Part shown: positions 42,001 to 50,189 of the stretch, piece by piece
Position numbering within the stretch: the first letter of the stretch is position 1
Layout: every line of letters starts with the position of its first letter
The notes under the pieces: model-generated
What the model saw: only the letters and a program-made list of their open reading frames with translations
The model's database searches: none
Told to the model about the DNA's origin: nothing
Translations under genes and position numbers: made by a program
DNA from: an uncultured Limnohabitans sp.
GTDB taxonomy: Bacteria; Pseudomonadota; Gammaproteobacteria; Burkholderiales; Burkholderiaceae_C
Direction of reading: 5' to 3'
Assembly: GCA_963513725.1 (NCBI GenBank)
Contig: CAUPRM010000004.1
Location: forward strand, 102,348-166,347
DNA length: 64,000 bases

Positions 42001-45000
42001 GCATCGATGGCCAGCAATTGCTCGTCCGACATGACACCAATTTGCTCTGCGGTCAGGTTGGCCACTTGGGTCATCGACAAAGCCGTCATTTGGTCTGGCG
42101 TGATGGCTCCAAACTGGCTGGTGCTCAAAATTTCCATTTGACGCACATTCAGGCCACTGATATCTGCAGTTTCAATCGCGGCAATTTGACCAGTCGTCAA
42201 GGCAGCGACTTGCTCCAAGCCCAAGCTGGTGAACTGCGCACGACGCATGCCAGCGATTTGTTCGTCCGACAGCAACGCCACTTGGTCGGGTTGAATGGAT
42301 GCAATTTGGTGTCCGTTCAAGGCCGCCAAGTCTTGGGTTTCGATGGCGGCGGTTTGGGTCGACGTCAGCGACGCCAGCTGGTCGGTGTTGATGTACTGGA
42401 ATTGTTTCTCTGTCAGCGCTGTGATCTTGTTGGCGTCAAATGCCGAGAACTGATCCACACCCAGCTGGTTAATTTGTTTACCGGTAAGTACGGCAATTTG
42501 TTCAACGCGTAAGCCACTGACTTGTGAGGTGTTCAAGGCGTTGAGTTGGTCAGCACTCATTGCTGGAATGTCTGCTTCTTCAATGGCGGACAGCTGGGTC
42601 GTGCTGAGCACTTCCATTTGTGTGGTGGTCAAAGACGCAATTTGACGACCTGCCAAGGCGACCATGTGCTCGGCGCTCAAGGCACCAATTTGGTTGGTCG
42701 TCATCGCGGCGATGTTGTTCTTAGGAATAGCCGGGATTTGATCGACCGTCAGCGCGGCGACTTGGTCGGTGGTCAAGCTCATCCATTGGGCTTCAGACAA
42801 GGCAGCGACATCGACCAAGTTCAAACCAGCGACTTGTTCGGTCGTGAGTTGCGAAACAAAGTCGGTGGTCAGGTGACGGACTTGATTGAGCGACAACGCT
42901 GTGATTTGGTCTTGGCTCAAGGTTTGCACTTGAGCGGAGCCAAAAGCGGCCAAATCTTCAATATCGATCGCCACCATTTGAGCGACTTGCAAATTGCTGA
43001 CTTGGTCCGTGGTCAAGGCGCTGAATTGATTGGACGTCAAAGCCGTGATTTGCTTGTTCATCAATACGGCGATGTCTTCGTTCTCGATGACAGCCACTTG
43101 GTCCGTCGTCAGATTGCTGATTTGGAACTTGGTCAGCGCTTTGACTTGGTCGTTGCTCAGGCCCGCCACGTTTTCAGTGCTCAAGCCCACCAAATCTTGG
43201 GTTTCAAGAGTAGCGACTTGTCGCAGGGTCAGGGCGGCCAGTTGTGTGCTGGTGATGGCGCCGACTTGCTCAGAGCTCAAGGCGCGAATTTGGCTGTCGG
43301 TCAGGCTGATCACATCTTCGGCCTCGATCGCAGCAAATTGCGTGGTGTTCAAGTTGCTGACTTGGCTGTCCGTCAATGCACTGACTTGCGTCGCAGTAAG
43401 TGCTTGAATTTGCGCGGTGTCAAATCCAGCGATGGCGGTGGTGCTGATGGCGGCCACTTGACGCTGGCGCAAAGCGCCCAATTGATCAACACTCAATACC
43501 GCGACATGATCGCTCGACAGGGCACCGATTTGAGTGGCAGCCAAGTTGCCGACTTGTTCGCTGGTTAAGGCGGCCACTTGATCGGTAACCATGGCTGCAA
43601 TTTTGGCGGCGTTAAGGTGACTGATCTGAGACAGCTTCAGCACGGGTACCTGACTGGTAGTCAGGGCAGCGACTTGGTCCGTGCTGAAAGCGTTGATTTG
43701 ATTGCCAGTCAATGCTGCAACTGCATCGGTGGAAATCCACGAAATTTGATCGGTGGACACCGCGGCCAGTTGAACCACGGAAATTTGAGCGACTTGCAAG
43801 GCGTCCAGTGCACCGACGCGTGCCTGGTCTAAACCAGCCAGTGCATCTGTAGTCAAGGAGGCCATGACCAAGGGCTTGAGGCTCTGGACTTGGTTGGTGG
43901 TCAGTGCACCGACTTGATCGCTGCTCAGCGCTGCAATTTGAGGCTTGCCCAACATGCTGATTTGGTCTTGGGTCAACGCGGCCACTTGTTCAGTTTGCAA
44001 ACTGCCGACTTTGGCAGCGCCCATGCCAAGCACTTGGTTCAGGCCCAAGGCGGCCACTTGGGCGGTTTCCAAGGCTTGGAATTGGGTTGTCGACATCGCA
44101 CCCAGTTGCGACAGGTTGAGCATGGCCAAATCCGCCGGCTCAATGGCTGCCACTTGAGCGTCAGAGAACGTCGCCAGTTGGTTGTTGGTGAGGCCCAAGA
44201 CCTGAGTGGCGGTCAGTGCGGCAACTTGGCTAGTTTGCAAGCCAGCCATGTCGGCCGCTTGAATAGACGAAATTTGGCTCTTAGACAAGGCAGCCAAGGC
44301 CACATCTTGAATGGCACCCACTTGCTCGCTGCTCAGAGCCACGAGTTGATTGACCTTGAAGGCCTTGACCTGGTTATCTGACAACACCGCGATGCGGTCG
44401 GTGGTGAGGGCGGCGATGCCGGCTGTTGTTAATCCACCGATTTGTTGGGGGCTGAGGGCTGCCACTTGGGTTGTTGTCATGGCGGCCACTTGGGTGCCGT
44501 TCCATGCGGAAATTTGAGAACCACTCATGTAGGCCAAGTCTTGGGCTTCGATGGCATTGACTTGTGCCGTACTCATGGCGGTGAGTTGACCGGCTGAGAA
44601 AGCGGCGACTTGGGTGGCACTCAAGGCCACAACTTGCTGGGTGCCTAAGCCACCCATGTCACGCGTCTCAATGGCGCGAATTTGTGCGCTTTTCAGTCCC
44701 TGAACGCTGTCAATGCCCATGGCCCCGAGTTGTTGGTCGATTAGCCCAATGATTTGAGTGGTGGACAGTGCTTGAACCTGGGCAACCCCCATTTTTGAGA
44801 CCAAGCTTGTTGACAGCCCGCCAATCACTTGGTTGTTGAGCGAGCTAATTTGTGTGGCATTGATGCCAGCGAGTTGGGTTGACGATAGTGAGTTGAGTTG
44901 GGTAGAGGTCAAAGCCCCCATTTGGCTGGCCTTGAGCGCATTCAGCTGCTCAGGGCTCAGGGCTTGAACTTGCCCAGCATCTAAAACCTTCAAATTTGTG

Positions 45001-45125
45001 TTGGTGACAGCCTGAATCTGACGTGCACTCAGTTGCGCTACGTCTGCGGTGACCATGGACGCGACCTGACCCGTGGTCAGATTGGTCATCTGTCGGTAGG
45101 TGTAGGAGCTGATAGAAAGGGTCAT
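39078..45125 (-). CDS. Giant octapeptide-repeat protein (~2015 aa, more acidic paralog), function unknown
   Basis: L-[ST]-x-[DE]-Q-[VI]-x-A repeats throughout; start set to MTLSISS at 45125 because the track's GTG at 45188 lies inside the sigma28 promoter. Confidence 0.88.
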   Translation of the reverse strand: MTLSISSYTYRQMTNLTTGQVASMVTADVAQLSARQIQAVTNTNLKVLDAGQVQALSPEQLNALKASQMGALTSTQLNSLSSTQLAGINATQISSLNNQVIGGLSTSLVSKMGVAQVQALSTTQIIGLIDQQLGAMGIDSVQGLKSAQIRAIETRDMGGLGTQQVVALSATQVAAFSAGQLTAMSTAQVNAIEAQDLAYMSGSQISAWNGTQVAAMTTTQVAALSPQQIGGLTTAGIAALTTDRIAVLSDNQVKAFKVNQLVALSSEQVGAIQDVALAALSKSQISSIQAADMAGLQTSQVAALTATQVLGLTNNQLATFSDAQVAAIEPADLAMLNLSQLGAMSTTQFQALETAQVAALGLNQVLGMGAAKVGSLQTEQVAALTQDQISMLGKPQIAALSSDQVGALTTNQVQSLKPLVMASLTTDALAGLDQARVGALDALQVAQISVVQLAAVSTDQISWISTDAVAALTGNQINAFSTDQVAALTTSQVPVLKLSQISHLNAAKIAAMVTDQVAALTSEQVGNLAATQIGALSSDHVAVLSVDQLGALRQRQVAAISTTAIAGFDTAQIQALTATQVSALTDSQVSNLNTTQFAAIEAEDVISLTDSQIRALSSEQVGAITSTQLAALTLRQVATLETQDLVGLSTENVAGLSNDQVKALTKFQISNLTTDQVAVIENEDIAVLMNKQITALTSNQFSALTTDQVSNLQVAQMVAIDIEDLAAFGSAQVQTLSQDQITALSLNQVRHLTTDFVSQLTTEQVAGLNLVDVAALSEAQWMSLTTDQVAALTVDQIPAIPKNNIAAMTTNQIGALSAEHMVALAGRQIASLTTTQMEVLSTTQLSAIEEADIPAMSADQLNALNTSQVSGLRVEQIAVLTGKQINQLGVDQFSAFDANKITALTEKQFQYINTDQLASLTSTQTAAIETQDLAALNGHQIASIQPDQVALLSDEQIAGMRRAQFTSLGLEQVAALTTGQIAAIETADISGLNVRQMEILSTSQFGAITPDQMTALSMTQVANLTAEQIGVMSDEQLLAIDALDMSAISADQIRAFSTHQIATLETAQVAALRPGTVAAFDNAQTRALDAAQVVALTQSQVASITDDNVSVMLTEQITAMEDRDVAAFTGSQVASLTTAQINALGDSQIQSIELRDVVSLSEEQISSMQDGQVVALTTAQYQVMLSSQVAALTTAHMAALETADLRVFNASQIQVLDVSQVNALSSDQMGAMLTSQIANLTLTQVGGLSVDLLSTLGTQQVNALSSDQLNVLNTTQVTSLTTVQVQKLSTQLLSTLLDEQVNAFLDEQVQALNTSSIQALTTSQVSALSATQMQAMYTQQISALETADMTVLRAEQITSLSTAQIAVLSTAQWTALSADQFSALTLEQIPAIQAEKLNTLGVDKVQVLNGDQVAVLTTGQLQALTTDQFVGLQDTQIPSLTQGHIQALTDTEMSVLTSTQIGAMSLPQLEYLSSSQVALLSTTAVSSMDPTQLAQVSTGWFKALTTTQLPTLSLSQVGQLQDVQVGALSTTQLAALQPTQWAQVSTPALQILSTAQTSSLSTSVIQALSNDQVSSLTTNQVQNLALSQVQSLLTGHISAMGIEQIDALTTSHVQGMSSDQIRALTVDQVPALLDAQVAVLSTAQISGLQNTQVTSLTTSQIVAMSSDQLKSLSETQLNAVTEEQMAVMAGEDIAALSADQIVSLSAAQLTSISASAVTSVRTAALEALSNSQVKAFTTTQIGAMTNEQVQAFTGTQIAAMDWDQIAAIQPAAITAMSDMQIGSLTATQAASMTGNQIAAIETQDLVVMSNSAVRALTSDQIVAMSSDQIKELTGTQISALTSTQVEAFEADDLGAITATQVSNLSITQLQAIPANKMQYLSNAAVGALSVSQVQSLNREQIMGISGTQLAIMSNAQISGFTPDQVTALSASQLGAVTTSQIRALTIEQIGSLMVEQIPNISEYAIANMFASQLAAFDVTQLTSFNSSQKAILSLPANSGKLTLMSAEQRQALGVA

Positions 45126-45178
45126 GTTCAGTGTTCTCTGGTGAGAATTCACCACAAAGAGTGAATCCAACACACACT

Positions 45179-45205
45179 GATTCGGCACATGTGGTGCCGA
45201 GTTGA
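45179..45205 (-). promoter_or_regulatory. Putative sigma28 promoter of the ~2015-aa repeat gene
   Basis: Minus strand TCAA-N15-GCCGAATC, same boxes as the flaG promoter. Confidence 0.75.
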
Positions 45206-45236
45206 GCCCTAGGCCCTAAATTTTTTTTAAACGCAG

Positions 45237-45267
45237 AAAACCCAGCGAGCGCGGTGGCTCACTGGGT
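45237..45267 (-). terminator. Rho-independent terminator after the 1318-aa repeat gene
   Basis: Minus strand ACCCAGTGAGC-CACCGC-GCTCGCTGGGT followed by TTT (one G-U pair). Confidence 0.7.
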
Positions 45268-45294
45268 GCACTGAAAGAGACTTAACTTGAGCAG

Positions 45295-48200
45295 TTAGGC
45301 CGGATCGTCCGGCAGGTGGCTTTCTTGGTCGGAGGTCATCACGGCAAGTTGTGCACCAGTCACAGCGCCTGCCTGAGCAGAGGTCAAGTTAGCGATCTGA
45401 GTTGTACTCAGACTGCCCATTTGCGCAGCCTCAAGGGTGCTAATTTGGGTTGTGGTCAAAGCGCGCAAATTGGTCGAGCTCAGGCTGTTGAGTTGCGTGC
45501 TGGTCAACCCCCGCAGAGCTGAGTTGGACAAGCTTTGCACTTGGCTGGTTCCCAAATTATTCATTTGGGTGGTGCTTAGTGCGCTCACTTGAGGCGAAGT
45601 GAGCATCTCAATGTCTGCAGTGTCAATCGCTTGCAGTTTGGCGGAGCTCAACGCATTCAATTGTGTGCTGGACAGTGCTTTGACTTGATCGCCGGTCAAG
45701 GCCTTGATTTGAGTGGTACTTAAGTTGTCAACTTGTGAAGTGCCCAAAGCTTGCAACTGAACCGCGGTCAAGGCTTGAACTTGTGCAGAAGCCAGGCTGT
45801 TGAACTGTGTTGAGTTGATATTGCTGATTTGCGCCGTGGTCAGTTTGATCAGGTCTGCAGTCTCAATGGCTTGCAGCTGCGAGCTGGTCAAGCTGTTGAG
45901 CTGAGTGGACGACAAACCGCTGACTTGGTTGGCACTGAGCGCTGTGATGGCTGCGCTGCTCAACTTGGCAATGGAGGCTTGGCTCATGGCATTGAGTTGG
46001 TCTGTGGTCAGGCCTTGCACTGCTGTGCCAGAGAGCTCGCCCGCCTTCGTGGTGTTGATGCCAGCAATGGCCGTGGTCGAGATCGCTCCAATTTGTGCCG
46101 CAGACAGGGATTCAATTTGGGTAGAGCTGAGAGCTTGCAATCCGGCTGAGTTCAGCGAACCGACTTGTGTCACGGTCAGGCTGGTCAGCTGAGTGGTGCT
46201 GAGGTTGCCCAATTGACCTGTGGAGATGGCGGTGACTTGACCCGTGGTCAAAGCACGGATCTGAACACCACTCAAGGCCCGCAGTTGACCTGAGGTCAAG
46301 TTATTCAACTGGGTTGTGCTCAAGCTCGGCACTTGGGCGAGGGACAGTGCTGCAATGTCATTGGTCTCGATGGCTTGCAGTTTGGTGGAACTCAAACTAT
46401 TGAGTTGTGTCGATGTCAGCAGCGCAATCTGAGTTTCACTCAGATTTTTCAGTTGGCCTGTGCTCAGATTTTCCACTTGTGTGGTGGTCATGGCTTGCAA
46501 CTGATCGCCTTTGAGTGCTTGGACTTGGGCAGAACCGAGGTTGTTGAATTGCGTCGAGCTCAAATTACGGATTTGTGCTGTGGTCAAAGCGGCCACGTCG
46601 GTAGCGTCCAGAGCGGTGACTTGAGAGCTGGTCAAATTATTGAGTTGGCTGGACGACATGCCGCTAACTTGTTTGCCCGTCAGAGCAGTGATGGCAGCGG
46701 TGGACAAGTTGGTCAAAGCGCCAGAGGTCAAGGCGTTAATTTGGCTGGTGGTCAAGGCTTGTGCGGCCAGCGTGCTTAGGTCGGCAGCTTTGGTGCTGGT
46801 GATACCCGCCATAGCCGAGGTCGACAAAGCGCCAACTTGGGTTGCCGTAAGGGCGTTGATGACGGTCGAGCTCATGGCTGTCAACGAGGACGAGCTGATG
46901 GCGCTGACCTGCGTGGCGACCAAGGCTTGTGTTTGAGCCGTGGTCAGGAAACCTGCTTGTGTGCTGCTCAAAGCGCCAATTTGGGTGCTGGTCAAAGCTT
47001 TGACCTGGGTGGCATTGAGCGCCTGGAATTGATCCGATGTCAAATTGTTCAGTTGTGTGCTGCTGAGCGCTTTGACTTGGTCGGGAATCAGGGCTTGGAT
47101 GTCAGCCGTTTCCAGAACGCGCAGGTTGGTTGAGCTCAAACTGTTCAGTTGACTGCTGGTCAAGGTTTTGGCTTGCAGGTCACTCAAACTGCGCAGTTGT
47201 GTTGAACTCAGGTCATTCACCTGGGTGCTGCTGAGCGCTTTCAACTGCACTGCTGTCAATGATTGAACTTGGGTGGAGCTCAAATCATTCAAGCGCGAGG
47301 ATGAAAGGTTGCTGATTTGATCGGTCTTGATCGCTTTCAGGTCGGTGGCATCTAACGCACGAACTTGGTTGCTGGTGAGGCTGTTGAGTTGCGTGGAGCT
47401 CAGGCTGCCGACTTGGTTCGCCGTGAGAGCTTGAACTGCAGCTGTGCTCAGCTTAGCAACTGCGTCAGTAGACAAGGCATTGAGTTGCTTGTCAGACATC
47501 GCTTTGGCTTGCTCAATACCAATAAAGGAGGCCTGAGTGGAGCTGATGCCGCTGACTTGGGTGGTTGTCAGGGCTTGTATTTGTGACTTGTCCAAGGACT
47601 GAACTTGCGCAGAGCTCAAGGCATTCAGTTGCGTCGAGGACATGGCCGTCACTTGTTGCACCGTCAGGGCTTTCAAGTCTTGGGTTTGGATAGCTTGTAG
47701 TTTGGAAGAGCTCAGCGCATTGAGTTGCGTGCTGGTCAGTGCTTTGATTTGCACATCGCTCAAGGATTGAATTTGCGCTGAGCTCAGGTTGTCCACTTGG
47801 GCCGTGGTCATGGCTTGCAACTGTGTGGCCGTCAGCGCTTGCACTTGGCTAGAGCTCAATTGGTTGTATTGCGCAGAGTCAATGCTACGAATTTGTGATG
47901 TGGTCAACGACTTGAGGTCGTTGGCATCAATCGCTTGAAGCTGTGTACTGGTGAGGCTGTTCAGCTGCGTGGAAGACAACCCACCAACTTGCTGGGCGCT
48001 TAAGCCCGCGACAGCGCTGGTGCTGAGTTTGGCCAGTGACGCGGTGCTCAAGGCATTGAGCTGGCTGCTCGTGAGTGACTTGATGGCGTTCGCAGTTAAT
48101 TCACCGGCTTTGGTGGTGTTGATACCAGCCATAGCTGAGGTGGAGAGGCCGCCAATTTGGCCGGCGCTGAGGGACTCAATCGAGCTGGAAGACAGGGCCT

Positions 48201-49251
48201 GCACAACCTCTGAGCTGAGAGCACCGATTTGGTTAACCGTCAAGATTTGTAATTGCGTTGACGTGAGGTTGCCCGCTTGTGTGGTGTTGAGTGCATTCAG
48301 TTGAGACGTTGTGAGCGCTTTAAGCTGCACACCTGACAATGCCTTGACTTGCGCCGAACCCAGCTCATTCAACTTAGTGCTGCTGAGGGAGCTGATTTGA
48401 GCGGCTGTCAAGCTTTTGACATCCGCGGTTTCTAAGTGACCTAAGTTGGTGGAGGTCAGGTTGTTGAGCTGGGTGCTGGACAAACTTTGAATTTGGCTAC
48501 CACTCAAGGCTTTGAGCTGAGTACTAGACAGGTTATTGAGCTGCGTGCTGCTCAGGCCTGTAATTTGGCTGGCAGAAAGGGCTTGCAAATCAGCGGTTTC
48601 AATGGATTGAAGCGCTGTTGAGCTCATGCTGTTGAGTTGTGTGCTGGTCAATGAGCGAACTTGCACGTTAGTCAAGTCAACAATCTTGCTGGAACTCAAA
48701 GCATTGAGTTGGCTGCTGCTCAAGGCTTGGACGGCATTCACTGAAAGCCCTTGCCATTTGGCAGACGTTAAATTATTGAGTTGGCCCGTGGCGCTCAGGG
48801 CCTTGATTTGAGTGCTACTGAATGCCTTGAGCTGCAAGGCTGTAAGCGTGTTTAGGGTGGTTGATGAGAGCGCCTGAATTTGCGTTGTTTGCAAGGCGGA
48901 GACATCAGCCAGTTGCATCGATTGCACCTGGCCAGAGCTTAATCCGTTGAGTTGTGAGCCAATCATGTTGATGATTTGGTCGGTCGTGAGAGCAGGAATT
49001 TGCTTGACCGTCATGGCGGCAAAGACTGTGGTGTCCAAACTGCTGATGACTCCAGTGTCAATTGATTCCACTTTCAAGGAATTGATTTGAGTGGATGTCA
49101 GGGCGTTCACTTGGGCCGAGGACAGTGCCTTCACTTGCGTTGCGGACATGGCCTTCACGGTATTTGGATCAATACCACGCACCGTTGTGGTGGAGTAACT
49201 CGTGATGGTGCTGGGCGATGCGGCACGGATCTCTGATATTGATATAGCCAT
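45295..49251 (-). CDS. Giant octapeptide-repeat protein (1318 aa), function unknown
   Basis: LSSTQLNxL / LTxxQIKAL repeats throughout; no signal peptide seen. Confidence 0.9.
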   Translation of the reverse strand: MAISISEIRAASPSTITSYSTTTVRGIDPNTVKAMSATQVKALSSAQVNALTSTQINSLKVESIDTGVISSLDTTVFAAMTVKQIPALTTDQIINMIGSQLNGLSSGQVQSMQLADVSALQTTQIQALSSTTLNTLTALQLKAFSSTQIKALSATGQLNNLTSAKWQGLSVNAVQALSSSQLNALSSSKIVDLTNVQVRSLTSTQLNSMSSTALQSIETADLQALSASQITGLSSTQLNNLSSTQLKALSGSQIQSLSSTQLNNLTSTNLGHLETADVKSLTAAQISSLSSTKLNELGSAQVKALSGVQLKALTTSQLNALNTTQAGNLTSTQLQILTVNQIGALSSEVVQALSSSSIESLSAGQIGGLSTSAMAGINTTKAGELTANAIKSLTSSQLNALSTASLAKLSTSAVAGLSAQQVGGLSSTQLNSLTSTQLQAIDANDLKSLTTSQIRSIDSAQYNQLSSSQVQALTATQLQAMTTAQVDNLSSAQIQSLSDVQIKALTSTQLNALSSSKLQAIQTQDLKALTVQQVTAMSSTQLNALSSAQVQSLDKSQIQALTTTQVSGISSTQASFIGIEQAKAMSDKQLNALSTDAVAKLSTAAVQALTANQVGSLSSTQLNSLTSNQVRALDATDLKAIKTDQISNLSSSRLNDLSSTQVQSLTAVQLKALSSTQVNDLSSTQLRSLSDLQAKTLTSSQLNSLSSTNLRVLETADIQALIPDQVKALSSTQLNNLTSDQFQALNATQVKALTSTQIGALSSTQAGFLTTAQTQALVATQVSAISSSSLTAMSSTVINALTATQVGALSTSAMAGITSTKAADLSTLAAQALTTSQINALTSGALTNLSTAAITALTGKQVSGMSSSQLNNLTSSQVTALDATDVAALTTAQIRNLSSTQFNNLGSAQVQALKGDQLQAMTTTQVENLSTGQLKNLSETQIALLTSTQLNSLSSTKLQAIETNDIAALSLAQVPSLSTTQLNNLTSGQLRALSGVQIRALTTGQVTAISTGQLGNLSTTQLTSLTVTQVGSLNSAGLQALSSTQIESLSAAQIGAISTTAIAGINTTKAGELSGTAVQGLTTDQLNAMSQASIAKLSSAAITALSANQVSGLSSTQLNSLTSSQLQAIETADLIKLTTAQISNINSTQFNSLASAQVQALTAVQLQALGTSQVDNLSTTQIKALTGDQVKALSSTQLNALSSAKLQAIDTADIEMLTSPQVSALSTTQMNNLGTSQVQSLSNSALRGLTSTQLNSLSSTNLRALTTTQISTLEAAQMGSLSTTQIANLTSAQAGAVTGAQLAVMTSDQESHLPDDPA

Positions 49252-49327
49252 GAGGGACTCTCAGTCTTATGTTTGAACAACTCGATTACAACGCTCGGTA
49301 GAACTTCCATTCCACCGTGAATCGTTT

Positions 49328-49354
49328 GAATCGACACCTCGCAGAAAAGCTTTA
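49328..49354 (-). promoter_or_regulatory. Putative sigma28 promoter of the 1318-aa repeat gene
   Basis: Minus strand TAAA-N15-GTCGATTC, same boxes as the 2820-aa gene promoter. Confidence 0.75.
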
Positions 49355-49465
49355 GCAAAAAATGTCAATTATTTTTATAGTAATAAATATTTACTTATTT
49401 AAAGTCTTTCTATTTAAAAGCGCGAATTAGTAAGGTTTTCTTCTGGTTTCATTATTTTTAAAAGT

Positions 49466-49481
49466 TGGCATTGATATTGCT
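49466..49481 (+). promoter_or_regulatory. Putative sigma54 promoter of the small TPR-like gene
   Basis: TGGCAT-TGATA-TTGCT. Confidence 0.72.
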
Positions 49482-49548
49482 TTTACTGACTGAGCCTGTG
49501 TTTTATTGACTCAGGTAAACAACTAACCAAACATTGTCAGGAGTAATT

Positions 49549-50013
49549 ATGTCTCTTATTCAAGAATTGATGAACCAAGCCGCGGTCGGTGGCTTGTTCA
49601 ACGCCAGTGCGATCAAACGCTTTAGTCCCGCCGAAATTCGCGAAGCTATTCAAGCCTTGGTTGCCACTGAACAGACGTCCTTGGCCTGTGCATTGGGTGA
49701 TGCTGGTATGAGCCTTTACCCCGAAAGTGAAGACATGCTGGCTATCAACGGTTTGCTCGCTGTGATGAACCAAGATTGGCAACTGGCCGTGGAATTCTTG
49801 GAAGACTTGTTGACATTGCAAGGCAGCAATACACAGCCTTTCACTTATGTAATGCTCGTGCGCGCATTGCGTTGTAACTTAGATCCTGTTCGTGCCATTC
49901 AAGTTGTACAGCAGGGTTTGGCTGCTTATCCCGAGCAGCTTGAATTGACCGCTGAGGCACTTTCCCTTGAGGAATATGCCAATACCCTTGAAACGAATGG
50001 GTACACCCACTAA
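49549..50013 (+). CDS. Small acidic TPR-like helical protein (154 aa)
   Basis: AGMSLYPESEDML..GLL...DWQLAVEFLE and AIQVVQQGLAAYPEQ resemble TPR helices; AGGAG RBS before ATG 49549. Confidence 0.6.
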   Translation: MSLIQELMNQAAVGGLFNASAIKRFSPAEIREAIQALVATEQTSLACALGDAGMSLYPESEDMLAINGLLAVMNQDWQLAVEFLEDLLTLQGSNTQPFTYVMLVRALRCNLDPVRAIQVVQQGLAAYPEQLELTAEALSLEEYANTLETNGYTH

Positions 50014-50127
50014 CTTGAAATTGCCGCTGGCAAGACCTTGCCGCTTTGCGTGAACAAAGCTTGCCGCAGCAACCAAAAGATTACTTTCAACCCCTTATTT
50101 GAACCGTCAAAAAAGCGCTAAAACACT

Positions 50128-50143
50128 TGGCACGCAGTTTGCT
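50128..50143 (+). promoter_or_regulatory. sigma54 promoter of the 1119-aa flagellin
   Basis: TGGCAC-GCAGT-TTGCT, full -24/-12 consensus. Confidence 0.85.
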
Positions 50144-50189
50144 TAAGGGTTTGGGTAGTTAAAGACCGTGTAGGTCAGGAGAATACAAA

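Noticed and set aside
45126-45188. Track start of the 2036-aa ORF
   Set aside because: The GTG falls inside the sigma28 promoter; ATG 45125 is preferred.
16562-49251. CRISPR array or DNA tandem-repeat array
   Set aside because: The repetition is at protein level with degenerate codons; there is no identical repeat-spacer structure and no cas gene.
50028-50042. Second sigma54 promoter TGGCAAGACCTTGCC
   Set aside because: GG-to-GC spacing is 9 nt rather than the required 10.
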